The notes under the pieces are model-generated. The model did no database searches. It was given only the letters and a program-made list of their open reading frames with translations, and was not told the DNA's origin. Made by a program: the position numbers and the translations under genes. This document shows, piece by piece, positions 13,695 through 41,314 of a DNA stretch of 64,000 nt (its first letter is position 1; the number at the start of each line of letters is the position of its first letter). Origin of the DNA: Bugula neritina (taxonomy: Eukaryota; Animalia; Bryozoa); contig OZ037766.1 in assembly GCA_964035545.1 (NCBI GenBank), forward strand, positions 31,734,773 through 31,798,772, given 5' to 3'.

Positions 13695-16045
13695 ATGTTG
13701 AGCGAAAAATCACGATGTTATCTGCAAAATTCCAAAGATATAGTCGCTTTTTCTATTTTAATTCTTGGTGCCCCTATCGACTTTATATATGAATTGTACT
13801 TTGTATCAGATCACTATCAGAAAGTGAATGGTACAGGCATTAATTGTTATTATTATGGTGAGTTTTATACTACTCACTATTACTATTTTTAGTTGATACA
13901 ATTTTATAATTTCTATAATAAATCATGGTGCTCGCAAGCTGTGTACCTCAACACTTGATAATGTATCGATGCATCCTTTTCTCTAAACATCGAGTGTTTC
14001 TTTTTATTCCAGACATTCTGTAATGAGTAAGGGTTATGCTTTTGGATAAGTTTTACTATTAAAAATTTGTGCAATGAGCTTGCAGTTGCTAATTGCAGGA
14101 AACGTAAGTTATAAAAAAGTGATATTAATTTTTTGCAGGTGTTTTAATATTTTGTGCAGTTGAAGTATTTTGGAATTTGTACTATGTGACCACATGTGAT
14201 AATCGTACGGATACATTAGTGACAATGCTAACTGAGGAACTGGACGTTGAGGTATTTCGGCTACAGTAATATTCACACTCTAATTTGTAAACAACTGAAA
14301 CCTACTGGAACATGTTGAGTCACTGTTTTTGGCTTGGTTTTTTAAAATCACAATGCTTTCTTTTTAGTAATTGCTATATTACAACAGAGAACATTTCTTA
14401 TTTTCCTACTCACCGGCGTGCAACTTGTATCATTTGCCTGGAATGTATCATCTTATGTGTGTTTCAGAGCTGTGAAAAGTGTGGTATGCCAAGAGTACCT
14501 CAATCTCATCATTGTAAAGCCTGCAATGTCTGTATACTCCGTAGGGACCATCATTGTTGGTAGGTCATCGTTTTATATGATACTATATTTAGAACACTTG
14601 CCGTTGAAGTAGGAAGATAGGAAGTAAAAAGACATAATCATCTCTTAACTATTTGACTTCAAGAATTAGTCATTCCACTCAAAGCATTTCAACAGCTCAC
14701 TATTTATTTTTATTGATTCCACATGTAAAAATGATAAAACAATGTTATAAGTAACAAGTACAGCATAGTGAAATGTTACTAAATTTTTTGTTTTCAACAT
14801 TTTGTAGTTTTGAATAAAAGCGTCTTATTTTTGTTGCAAATAGAAATGTGGTGGCTCACTAACTGTTTATTTTACATGAAATCTAATTTTTCTCTTGTTG
14901 CACTTAGAAATCTTCAGCCTAATTTAAAACTTTACTTTATTCAATAGTTAAAAATAAATAAAAACGCAAAAGCTCTAAAAACTTGTGGTCCGTCTTACAG
15001 GTTTGCAGGTAACTGCGTTGGGCTGCACAATCAAGGTAACTTTGTGATGCTGAGCATGTACTTATGGATAGCAGCTGTCACTCAGAATATATACAACATT
15101 CAATTCGTATGTGATGTGAGTAAACCGTTCATGTGGTCTGCTTAACTTTTCCTTCACTCTAAAGTTTAAGTTATTATTACGAAATAAAATATTTTTCTTG
15201 AATTGCTTCTTAATATATTCTTAAGAATTGCATATTTAAGTGATGAAATGAATGAAGCTACAAGCAATAAATATGTTTACCTAGTTACACATACTGTTGA
15301 TAGAGCAGATGGGTTTTCAGTAAAGTGCTCTTACATAAAATAAACATAACTGTTCTATGTATAATCATGTATGCCAGCTTTCATTAAGATAGTGATAAAA
15401 ACCAATTAATGCATTTCGTAGAAATTGAAACATTATTATTTGGCTTGCGCAGTTGAGTAAACAAAATGTTTTATATCATTAGTTACATTGTATTGTGTCG
15501 TTTATAGTTGAAGGAGATTTATATTCATGACGGAGTTATACTTGTGTTGTATCTCACAGGTGCTTGGGTGTGACATGTACTCACTGCTTACTGTATGTCT
15601 TCCACATTTCCCAGTGATGATCAAACAGTATTCACTCTACTGTTTCTTTGTGAACTTCATGACCTTTTTAGGTGAGTTGTTCTTTATAAAGGGTACCATA
15701 CTACTACTACTAGTACTACTACTACTACTACTAGTACTACTACTACTACTAGTAGTAGTACTACTACTACTATTAGTAGTAGTAATACTACTGCTGCTAC
15801 TGCTGCTGCTGCTACTGCTGCTGCTGCTGCTACTTCTACTGCTACTGCTACTTCCACTACCACTAGTAGTACCACTAGTAGTACCACTAGTAGTACCAGT
15901 ACTACTATTACTGCTACTACCGCTACTACTACTACTACTACCACTACTGCTACTACAGCTACTACCTCTACTACTAGTACCACTAATACTAGTACCACTA
16001 CTACTAGTACCACTACTAGTACTACTACTGCTATTACTACTACTG

Positions 16046-16121
<76 letters not shown>

Positions 16122-16707
16122 CACTACTACTACTACTACCACTACTACTACTACTAGTACTACTACTACTACCACTACTACTGCTACTACTACTACTACT
16201 ACTACTGCCACTACCACTACTACCACTACCACTGCTACTACTACCGCTACTACTACCGCTACTACCTCTACTACTAGTACCACTACTACTTATCCACTAC
16301 TAGTTATCCACTACTAGTACTACTACTACTGCTACTACTACTACCGCTACTACTTATCCACTACTAGTTATCCACTACTAGTACTACTACCACTGCTACT
16401 ACTACTACTACTACTACCACTACTACTACTACTACTACTACCGCTACTACTGCTTGCACTACTATTTTACTCCGATTGTTTTGCAGGTATCCTGCTGCTG
16501 TTGATGTTTACCTACTTATTCTGGCTTCAAGTTATTCAACTTGTAACTGGATTAACGAGACATCAACTCAAACAGAGAAAGATAGACTACAGATTTCCTA
16601 ATATGTTTGATAACATTGTTACTGTGTTGGGACATCACTGGTACCTGTGTTGGTTGCTGCCACCACTGAACACTTCTCTTAAGTTGACCAGCAAGAAGAC
16701 TATGTGA
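13695..16707 (+). CDS. DHHC palmitoyltransferase (ZDHHC22/24-like), six coding exons
   Basis: Exons about 13695-13858, 14139-14251, 14468-14559, 15001-15115, 15560-15671 and 16487-16707 splice in frame. The DHHC cysteine-rich domain reads CEKCGMPRVPQSHHCKACNVCILRRDHHCW|FAGNCVGLHNQGNF and is flanked by hydrophobic helices. The C-terminal KKTM* fits a KKxx ER-retrieval motif. Confidence 0.92.
15700..16452. repeat. Imperfect (CTA)n trinucleotide tract in the last ZDHHC intron
   Basis: Directly visible. It produces the poly-Leu and poly-Val ORFs in the track. Confidence 0.95.
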
Positions 16708-17496
16708 TGACTCTGTAACCCTGCTTGACTAAACTTTGTCTATCTCTAGCTAAGTGATGTCTGTTTACTTTGTCTTTAGTCATAGTCATTGTTCTTGCCA
16801 ATTGTGGTTCTATATTTTGTATCATGATATTATGTGTAGTTTAGTATTTCTGTTTTATTAGGATTGCAATCAACATTGTCTACTTTCCTTACTATGCGTG
16901 TGATTATATTATATACTATTATATTATATATTAATGTACTATATTATAATATATTATATACTATTATATTATATTATATACTATAATATAATATACTATT
17001 ATATTATATACTATTATATTATATTATATACTATTATATTATATTATAGGCTATTATTTAGTAAATAATAGACAAGTAAAAGATGAAAGATGATCAATGC
17101 ATAATCTGCTTGTATTTAGGTGTCAAGTTGAAATTTAGATTATATGCAACATTTTGTCTGTTATGAATTTATGTTTAGATAAGCTATAACTGTTTTGTTT
17201 TGTTTGTTTTAAATACATTATTATTTTTCCTTAATCTGAAAATGATTTACAATGAAGTTGACTTGCAGGTGTAGGTGCTATATAATCATTAATTTAATAC
17301 TATATCTTTAAAAATCTTGATCTCAAATGTACTAGGAAGTTATTTAAAAAATGTTAACAATAAAATCTATTGCAATATTAAATACAGTGATTATAAATAT
17401 AGCAAGTTTATTCGTTCCACTAAATAGATTATACCAACTAGTAGTAAAAGCTAAAGTTCTTCAGCTCATCAACTTGTGATAATTATTTACAACTCA

Positions 17497-18524
17497 ATGA
17501 ATACTACCTCAACTACTGCAAACTCTTCCACAGGTACATCTTTTCACCTAACTAAAGCTTTCAAATAGTTATTTTAATCTAATTTGTGATAAATGTAAAT
17601 ACAATAAAAAACAAACCAAATTTACCACTCAATTGAAGACTTTGTTAAAAAGGAAATTTATTTTTGCGTAAGCATACATTGTAAATAATGTATTTTGTTC
17701 CAGAGTCAAGCAACAACAGTGAAGGTACTTTTAGCCACACCATATCTAAGGTATTGACCAGCACGCAGACAGAGATTGTTTTGGCTCCAACAATTAGGCC
17801 AGACAACAGTTCCCCGTTTGACACTCTACAAATTATTGTAGGAGCTTCTAGTGCTTTTCTCATAATAGTAAGGAAACTAAATGTAAACAAAACATTTGTA
17901 CTATTCAAAGTAACATTCAAAGTAACGTAACGCTTTGCTTCTAAGGCAATAATAGGGTTTCAAAATAATGGAAAAATTACCTTTAATTTAAATAAATAAT
18001 AACACACACACACACACACTCAGTGGTTAATGTAATTACAGGTTTGTGGAATAGCCTTTGGGTGTTACACTAAAAGAAATAAAAAGAACCGCCTGATTTA
18101 TGATGAGTCAGCTATAGCAAACTCAGAATCGGTAAGAAGTGTTGAACAGCAGCACTCAGAAAGCAACAAAGAGAATGACATAGCCAGTCAACTGTCAAAT
18201 GACATGTATGCCAAAGTAGTGAAGGAAAGGCCAAAACCCTTGTCTCACGTTGCTGAAGTTCCCAACACCAGTAATGATGACAATTTAATGAATACAAATG
18301 TGATAAATACACCAGAAACATTACCTTTTCCGCCTACTGTCGCTAGCCCACCTATTCCACCTGTTCTATCAAAACAATATCACCCTGAGCCAAATAACAA
18401 TGAAGCTATTAGTAAACTAACAAATGACCATAAAAAGTTAAGTAAAAATAAAAAAGATCACAGGAGACCTAAACCAAAGAAGCCAAAAAAGAAAAAAAAG
18501 GATAAAAAGAAAAAGCGAAAATGA
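17497..18524 (+). CDS. Small single-pass membrane protein (about 227 aa), transmembrane-adaptor-like ('adaptor 1')
   Basis: Exons 17497-17533, 17704-17867 and 18042-18524 join in frame. Short S/T/N-rich ectodomain (MNTTSTTANSST...), TM LQIIVGASSAFLII|VCGIAFGCY, then basic TKRNKK. The tail has LIYDES, DMYAKV, PFPPTVASPPIPPV and a Lys-rich C-terminus. The start is uncertain because an upstream exon is possible. Confidence 0.7.
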
Positions 18525-19227
18525 AATTATAAGTTGTACTTTTGCATTTTTATAGGCTACAATGCCGATGTTTTTAAGAGAAATGTGCTTCAAACTTTAT
18601 AGAAAGTTGCTATGATGGGTATACCGTGTCTAAAAATATCTGGCAAACAATAAAGACACCCAATGTTATTACTTGAATTATTTAATGATTTAAAGTAAAT
18701 ACTATGATCATGAGTCCATGGTATTATGTTGAGTTATGAGAGAAAAATGTAATTTGCACCAACTTATATGCATTGAAAATAATTTTAGTATAAAAAATAA
18801 ATTGTATGTGTTATAAAAAATGTTTAAGTAATTTGATTCAGGTGGGATATAAATATAATTGGTGAAAAAGTAAGTAAAAACTGCCACTGTTGCTGTCAAG
18901 TTGTATTTGCACCAACTAAATTAAACTTTTGGATCTTTTTTTACTTTTTAATGCACAAATAGATTTGCTTTGCAAGCTACTAAATTTTAGCAAAATGACA
19001 ACAACTTGTGTAACATATTATAAACTTTATCTATATAGTAAATCATATTACAAACTGCGTAAATGTTGTACTTTCATCTTTTTAGTTTACCAATCGATAT
19101 ACTAAAAAAATTCAGAATACTTTGCATTTCAATTGTTAATTTTATGTTGAATTTGTGTAATTGTTGATCCTTGAGCAAAATTACAGGATATCCTCTCTAT
19201 AATTGGACACAGCAGAGTTTAATTAGT

Positions 19228-32433
<13,206 letters not shown>

Positions 32434-34043
32434 AATAGCTATTTGAAAAAAAAGAAAAAAAGTCAAACCGAAAAAGTTAACCGCTTTGCTTGTGTTTGCA
32501 AAGTTGATTTCGTTCGTAGTACATCAGGCTACCTACGTGAATAGAAACTGGCAAAAGTTATTTTATGCTTATTAATTTTTAAATTCTTTATTCAAAAATA
32601 TAGTTGCAATATTTATTGAAAAGAGTTCAATTTTAAAAAAACATATTCTCACACACATTGCGCTAACTGAACTCTGCCTCCAGTTACCAAGTGGGTCCAA
32701 TAAAGGAATCAATGAAACGGAAAATTCTTGCATATGTAGACTTTGCCAAGGACAGTGAACAAATATAGATATCTTTGTAATAATTTTCATTATTGGTTTC
32801 TTACCTTTTTGAATAGAGAGCGATAAGCACATTTTATTTAGTGTTGCTGCACATTGACTCTATTGACTGAATGGATTAAATGCACTGTATAATGTAAAAC
32901 CTGCCACTAGCATAATTTCTTCTTCATTTACTAGGCTATATATTATTGTGAACTGATTTTAAAGGTCTTAATTTATAATACTATAGTAACTAGCATGGTT
33001 TAGTGGTGGTGTTGCAGCTAGACACTTCTCTCCTTGTTGACACTCTATATAGTTAATCCATTACTACAACCCTTACTAACTTTCCTTATTCTCCTCAATT
33101 CCCTATGAAGATGAAATACACCTGACTAAAAGGTTTGTGCAATTCTTATGTCTGCAAGTTATTGTTAGAATAGCATAAAATTCTACAGTTATAAATGGAA
33201 GTGCTGGTTTTGTAGAAGTTATGACAATCTGTTTCTTGTAGCCTGAGAAAACAATGCTTGACTGAATGACCATGAATTTACCTGCAGTAGAAAGTAGCAG
33301 AATAAAATTGCGTTGAAGTATTTAGGCAACTATAATGAGCACTTAATTTAGTAAGAACACCATACGTCCCCCTAGCTCCAATCAATCTACTAATAAGAAC
33401 TGTTGAAAAGAAATAATCTAATTGGCTGTGATCCACCCTGTGTGTTATAGCCACATTATCCTAAGCTGCTCTGGTCTTTGGGCGGCTACTTTTATGACTA
33501 AGTAGCCTACATTGCATCACTAAACTAATGAACATTATACAGTTCATGCGGTTGAATTCTCACCCAGTCACAGATGTTATGCCAGGAGAAGCAACCAATT
33601 AATTAACAGCTCCTTTACCACAATGTACAGAGTTCTAAACCAAGCTTCACAAAAGCAGTGTTTGTTATTAAGACAAAATAGAAGTCAAAGCCTAAAACTT
33701 TATATGGCTTACCATTTCAATTTAAATACACTTGTTTGACTAAATAAAATCAAAACTCAAACTTAAAAAGAGTGAATTTTCTAATGATGTATATAATATA
33801 TAAACAAGCAAAAAGCACCAATAGCTTTCATGAAGGGCAACAATGAGTTTGAAATATATTAAATTCTAATATCGGAAGGTCTAGTATTGCAAATAAAATT
33901 GGATTGTTATTTATTTGGAAGGCGTTATTAGCAAAAAGGATAATATCTGTGTGAATAAATGTAAAATGTAAAAATTGAGTGAATTTTAAACATGCAGGCG
34001 GATATTCTAAAGCATTAAATATTAGTTTTGAACTGAAGCTCTG

Positions 34044-36023
34044 ATGTTAGTCTGTAAGAGCTCTTGTTCCTTGTGTATAACAGCTATACTTGTCCTCATA
34101 ACATTTACTGAAGCTCAACTGTCAGGTAATTAATATTGTGCTTGTTTTTATTATTCATTTTACATAATTGCAATATGTTTTACCATTTTCACCGGTTTTA
34201 CATACATATTAGTGTGCATATCTAACAACTTTTTGTGGTGTGGATATTGTAATTATATAATGTATGAGTCAGTTTACTTCATTTAGTACACACCAGCAAC
34301 TTATGACCTAACATTAAAGTTTGCTCAAAATCAATTGAAATTTACTATACATGCTATTTTTATGTGCTGGTTTCAACTACGCATAACAGAAAAGGCTGGG
34401 AGGGGGATTCCCCAACATTAAAGCACAGGTCAATGTCATATGCACTTAATATTCTATATGTGCGGACGTTACGGTTTTTTCGTAACGGTCCGTAACCAAA
34501 ACTAGTTGAATAATTAGGGAAAAACACGGGAAATGAAGCAAAATTAAAAAGAACTTTGATTATTTAGGTGTATTTATTAGTGTTTTACTAGTTTTGGCCA
34601 AAAAACCATGTTCATTAAAAGCTAAATTGTGAAAAATAGCCAAAAACTGAAGATATCAAGTGTGTACTAAATTAAGTAAAATGACCCGTATAAATCTTTT
34701 AGTGGCTTATTACAAAGTTATAGCAAAAGCTATATCAGTATTTTTACAATTTTCTTTCAATAGATCCCACCAATTTTCTTTTCAATCAGACACTTGATAA
34801 TGCTACCGATGTCAGCCCCAGACCAGCATCTAGTACTAATGACCAACTAGCCAATAGCAAAGCAACATCTGGTACTAATGACCAACTAGCCAATAGCAAA
34901 GCAACATCTGGTACTAATGACCAATCAAATCTGAAAGCGACAACAGCAGGCATTAGAAATGTCTTGTCTGGGATAGAAAACAAGCTAATTAACAATGTTT
35001 TCCTATTGCTACTGGGAGCTTTTGGGCTTATGTTTATAATCGCAGTGAGTGTTTATTAGACTATTATACAGTGAGAACAGCAGAATTTATTTATATTGCA
35101 AAGTTTATGGAAAAGTTAATGTGTCAAATAGCAACTGTATAAAAAACTTGTGACATTTCATCAACATCCGGCTGTGGAACTGTCAAAATCGCCTGCCATA
35201 GAAAGATAATTTTCAAAAGTTATAAACATCTGTTGATCAAAACTAAATTAAAAATTTAGATGAATAAAATTTTTTTGAATATGCAGAAAATATTGTTCAA
35301 CCAAATTTTTAATTCAGTTTTGACCACTATTGTATTAAATAACTGTAGCTTTTTAATATAAAGACATAAAAGATATAGGAAATTTTTTTCAAGGAACAAC
35401 ACGTTTTTCTAGTTAACATTATGCATACTTAAGAAAATGGTATAAATTCATTGTTTAGATTATTGACTTTGCAGATCGGGGTTTTTCTTATATCTTATCA
35501 TCAATGCTTGAAGAACAGGCATAAAAGCAAAAATGTAATTAAGCATCAGAACCTGATGAATGGGCTAAGAAGCTATACCGATAGACCTTCTATACCAGTG
35601 AATGTGAGACAACAGAGTATGAAAGGCAACATGTTTTCTCACGGGAAAAGAAACAGCAGTTTTATCGCTCACTCCATTGTCAGACACGCCATAACTCCTC
35701 CACACGCAAACTCATTTAGTTTGGACAACCACATGGACAACAATCAAAACAAATTTATTAACTACAACCGGCAAAGTTTAGTAAGCCCTCTAATTGTTAA
35801 TACAAGAGTTATACCGATTTTTGAGTCCGAACCTCCTAACCTGAACGAGAAATTCAGCTCCACACACACGAGTAACATTTATGATGCAGCAATGAGTAAC
35901 TCTTATGATGCAGCAACGTACTACGAACAAGATCTCATGTCTGGTTATAGCGAGAAGTACGACAAGGTTGACTACTATTCCTCTGTAGATAGTCAGAAGA
36001 ACCATGGTCACTCTTTTACATAG
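34044..36023 (+). CDS. Small type-I membrane protein (about 303 aa) with a mucin-like stalk and Tyr-motif tail ('adaptor 2')
   Basis: Exons 34044-34125 (signal peptide MLVCKSSCSLCITAILVLITFTEAQLS), 34764-35044 (stalk with a 39-bp TNDQLANSKATSG repeat, then TM NVFLLLLGAFGLMFIIA) and 35475-36023 (IGVFLISY HQCLKNRHKSK ... NIYDAA, NSYDAA, YYEQDL, KYDKV, DYYSSV) total 912 nt, in frame. Confidence 0.8.
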
Positions 36024-36859
36024 TTTACAAGTACACAACGATATAGAGGTACCTTATAAACAGTTTTAGAAAACCATTGTACTAAAATTGAAAAATATAA
36101 TGTTCATTGTTGCATGTCTGAATTTCAACCAAAAATTGAGCATAGAGTGACTTTTAAATTAATTTTAAATAAACTTACTATACTCAAACTAACTTTTATT
36201 TTTGCACTACATAATTTTTTTTCAACCAATTATTACTACAGCTTTTAAGATTTATAAGTATGCCAGTATACCGTAAAGATATGGCCATTATGGAAACTTG
36301 CCAAGCTCAAAATTAAATCATTGAGTTGCTAATTATTGTTAGAACTATAAGATCAGAAATTAGACTAATATAATACAGACACTTCATATATTCAAAATAC
36401 ACTTCAAAGAATACTGCTATTGCACAGCTGTAACGTATACAACATGTAAGTCTCATAAAACATTATTAAAAATAACCTTTCATCTCTGTGATATATTTCA
36501 AGTGTTAGTTTTATACTTTTCATGCAATACTATATTGCTGCTATGAATATACACACAGTACATATCTTAGCCTTTCTATATATTATTGGACTAACTTGAT
36601 CAGCAGAACACAAGTGACAATCATTAGTGTAGGAATATATTATTTTTTTTAAATTAAATTTTATTTTCAATAAATATTTAAATTATACTTTTAGATAAAA
36701 ATGTTAAAAACCAGTGAGGATATCAACATTTACCTGCAGTTTGTATTCTTGCAGGAGACATTAAAAGCTACAAGATCTAATATACAAACACAATAACAGC
36801 TCTTATAACTTAAATTTTCAATTTCTCAGGTTGTTTTCTATTCTATCAAAACAGCTTTC

Positions 36860-39800
36860 TTACTTTTTATACCTTTTTACACTTTTCTTTTTTACTGCCT
36901 TGTTCTTTTTGGACACTTTTGACTTTCTCTTATTTCTTGGAGCGCCTTGCTCCTGATGGGTATATAATGGCTCCTTATAGCTTCGAGCCTTAGCAGTGTC
37001 ATCTATTACACCTTGTATATTTTCTTCATCTTTGATGTTTTCTACTGTGTTCAACTTTTCCATTAGCTTACTAAGATCATTGTGATTTGCAGCTGCAGAA
37101 GTTGTGCCCTCCTTCACCACAGATGATATTCTGTTGTTAACTATAGATTTAAGCAGACCTTTCTTTTTCATGTCAGCCTCAGTTTGAGATCTTTCTTGAC
37201 TGGCTGGAAGAGAAAACTTACTGTTGGTCATTACATTCTTAGACAATAATAGAATGGGCGGAGTTTTTGTTGTTAAGCTCTGGTTCCTAATTGAGGGTGT
37301 TTTGTAACCAGACATATTTATACTGGGCCTGTGTGATTGAGTTTTATATGTTGGTTTGTGTGAATATGAAAGGGCATCATAATTGGTTGGGTATGAATAA
37401 TATCCGTTCTTATTATATTCATTTTCATCGTATTTAATCTCGTCATATCGATTTTTATCATCTCCATTTTCATCCCATTTAATGTCATCATATTTAATCT
37501 CGTCATATTTATTGTCATCATATTTAATCTCGTCATATTTATTGTCATCATATTTAATCTCGTCATATTTATTTTCGTCACATTCATCTCTATCATGTCC
37601 CTTTTTTTCATGTTCCTTCTTTTCATGTCCCTTCTTTTCATGTTCCTTTTTATCATACTCCTTTTTATCATACTCCTTTTTACCAGCATGTCTACTCTCA
37701 CCACATCTACTCTTTTCATCTTTCTTCTTACTATGTCTACTCTTACATCCCTCCTCACTATGTCCCTTCTTGCCACGTTCAATCTCTTCAGATTCGCTAT
37801 CAGCTAAAAATTTCTTGTTTTGGAAATAAGCTCTCCAGCCATATAAGATACTTCCAAGCTGTAAATATTTTTTAAAATATAGGACACCACAATACATAAT
37901 AAAACTAAAATCTTTATTCATATTTCTTATCAAAATGCTAATTGCTTAAAACAGATGAAAGAATTTGGAATTATAATAACTAAATAATATTAACTTAATA
38001 ATATTTCAAGTTGAAGAATAAACCAAAGTTTCAAAACCTAAGCCAACTTTTTCTGAAGCAAAAATAAATTGATGCCAGTAAATTGCATTTGCATGCAACT
38101 GTAGGCTGTATTTGAGGGTCACCCAGCCACCATACTAAGTATGGCAATCAGTTGGGTGTTTACAGTAGTTTGAATATATACATATCTATGTCTTTTCATA
38201 ATGGAATCTTAGCAAGAAAATAGTGATTACCCAAAATTACTGTGTTATAGAGCAGGATAAACTGTTATAGTTAGTTATATGTGAAACTCTGAGATGTAGA
38301 TATGTCATTAAAGTCTAAAATCTCATTAGCTATGTATCTATGCTCTAATGCTTCCGAAAATATTCCTCACAAACGTAAACTGTTTTCATAGCAGATAAAC
38401 ATTATAACTGTTGAGGTACTAAACAGTCTATAACTGCCTGTAAACTTTCTGTAAGTTACAATCCTAAATTCATCGATTAAATATGACAGCTCAAACATCT
38501 TTAATCTTTGTATTGACTGCCTAAATACACCTCAATTTGATAATTTAGAAAGACAATGCAATATTTTGCCAAAACTCTAAAGGTTAGAGCCAGATCTAAT
38601 CATATGCTAATAAAAGGCTTTGCTATCTCATCAAAGGAAATGTGTGACCCCCTCGGAGTGTAATGAGTGAAAGATTATTTGAGGTTACTTCTAGACTACT
38701 TAGGTTTTTGTGATTTCAGTTACAATAAATTGAAACGTACAACTGCTACGACACCTGCTAATCCCAACATTATTGGTAAGAGTATCACTTCTTTTTCTGC
38801 AGGCGGGAAAGCAGTCAGGCTTCTGAAATTAGTTTGGAAAAACAGTTACATACGTTAATTGAAATTTGTGCAAGTATCATATCCTAATTAATATGTTCCT
38901 TTCACTGGTAGCTAATGTGCTAAAATTAAACAGTTTACATTTTTAGTCATAATAATTTATCCATGAAGTTAATTTTTTACTCTTTGATATATTTTTTTAA
39001 TAGTAAAGAAAAATCATTTAAATATTTAAATTAGCGGCTTGCATCATATGTTAAACTTACAATGTTTCACAAATCTTATCAATGTTGTCTTCTATACTGT
39101 TTGGAGGACATTGACTGACACATTGATTTCTGTATCTGAAGTTCTTACACTGTTCACAGTTTGTGTTCAGCTAAATACATATATATAATGTGTATATAAT
39201 GTACATATAATGTATATACAATGTGTATATAATGTGTATATAATGTATATATATAATGTGTATATAATGTATATATAATGTGTATATATAATGTATATAT
39301 ATTATGTGTATATAATGTGTATATATAATGTATATATATTATGTGTATATAATGTGTATATAATGTATATATAATGTATATATAATGTGTATATAATGTA
39401 TATAATGTATATATATAATGTACATATGATGTACATATAATGTATATATAATGTACATATAATGTATATATAACGTATATATAATGTATATATAATGTAT
39501 ATATAATGTATATATAATGTATATATAATGTGTATATAATGTATATATAATGCATATATAATGTATATATAATGTATATATAATGTATATATAATGTATA
39601 TATAATGTATATATAATGTGTATATAATGTATATATAATGTGTATATAATGTATATATAATGCATATATAATGTATATATAATGTATATAATGTATATAA
39701 TGCATATATAATGTATATGTAATGTATATAATGTATATATAATGTATATAATGTATAAATAATGTATATACAATGTGTATATAATGTATATATAATGTAT

Positions 39801-41275
39801 ATAATGTATATATAATGTACGTATAATGTATATATAATGTACATATAATGTATATATAATGTATATATTATGTGTATATAATGTATATATGATGTATATA
39901 ATGTATATATATATAATGTATATATAATGTATATATAATGTATATACAATGTATATAATGTATATAATGTATATATAATGTATATATAATGTATATATAA
40001 TGTATATATAATGTATATACAATGTATATAATGTATATAATGTATATATAATGTATATATAATGTATATACAATGTGTATATAATGTATATATAATGTAT
40101 ATATAATGCATATATAATGTATATATAATGTATATATAATGTATATATAATGTACGTATATTGTGTATATAATGTATATATAATGTGTATATAACGTATA
40201 TATAATGTATATAATGTATATATAATATATATATAATGTATATAATGTGTATATAATGTATATATAATGTATATATAATGTGTATATAATGTATATATAA
40301 TGTATATATAATGTACTTATATTGTGTATATGATGTATATATAATGTGTATATAATGTATATATGATGTATATAATGTGTATATAATGTATATATAATGT
40401 GTATATAATGTATATATAATGTATATATAATGTATATATAATGTATATATAATGTACATATAATGTGTATATAATGTATATATATATAATGTATATATAA
40501 TGTATATATAATGTATATACAATGTGTATATAATGTATATATAATGTATATATAATGCATATATAATGTATATATAATGTATATATAATGTATATATAAT
40601 GTACGTATATTGTGTATATAATGTATATATAATGTGTATATAACGTATATATAATGTATATAATGTATATATAATATATATATAATGTATATAATGTGTA
40701 TATAATGTATATATAATGTATATATAATGTGTATATAATGTATATATAATGTATATATAATGTACTTATATTGTGTATATGATGTATATATAATGTGTAT
40801 ATAATGTATATATGATGTATATAATGTGTATATAATGTATATATAATGTGTATATAATGTATATATAATGTATATATAATGTACATATAATGTGTATATA
40901 ATGTATATATATATATTGTATATATAATGTACTCACAGGTCCATCACAACTAGCTACACACTCCTCATGACAACCTCCACACTGATTGGTTGCTCTGTTC
41001 CCTGCCATAGTACCACAAGTAGGTACACAGTTGTTATCTAACTGATAGTTTTTACACATTTTACAGCTGGAAGGAGATTCTGGTGGACAGGACAGACACT
41101 GAGTGCTGAGTGAACCAACACAGTCATTGGCACACTCTTCATGACATGAAATATCTATATTAAATAAATTATATTCTGATAAACAGTAAAACAGGTGCTA
41201 AAATTACTGTATCGCTAAACTGTGTTGTGACAAATTGATCAAGTCCCACACACACACACACACACACACACGCAT

Positions 41276-41314
<39 letters not shown>

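Noticed and set aside
15527-16303. Poly-Leu and poly-Val ORFs
   Set aside because: Read-through of a ZDHHC exon into an intronic (CTA)n tract.
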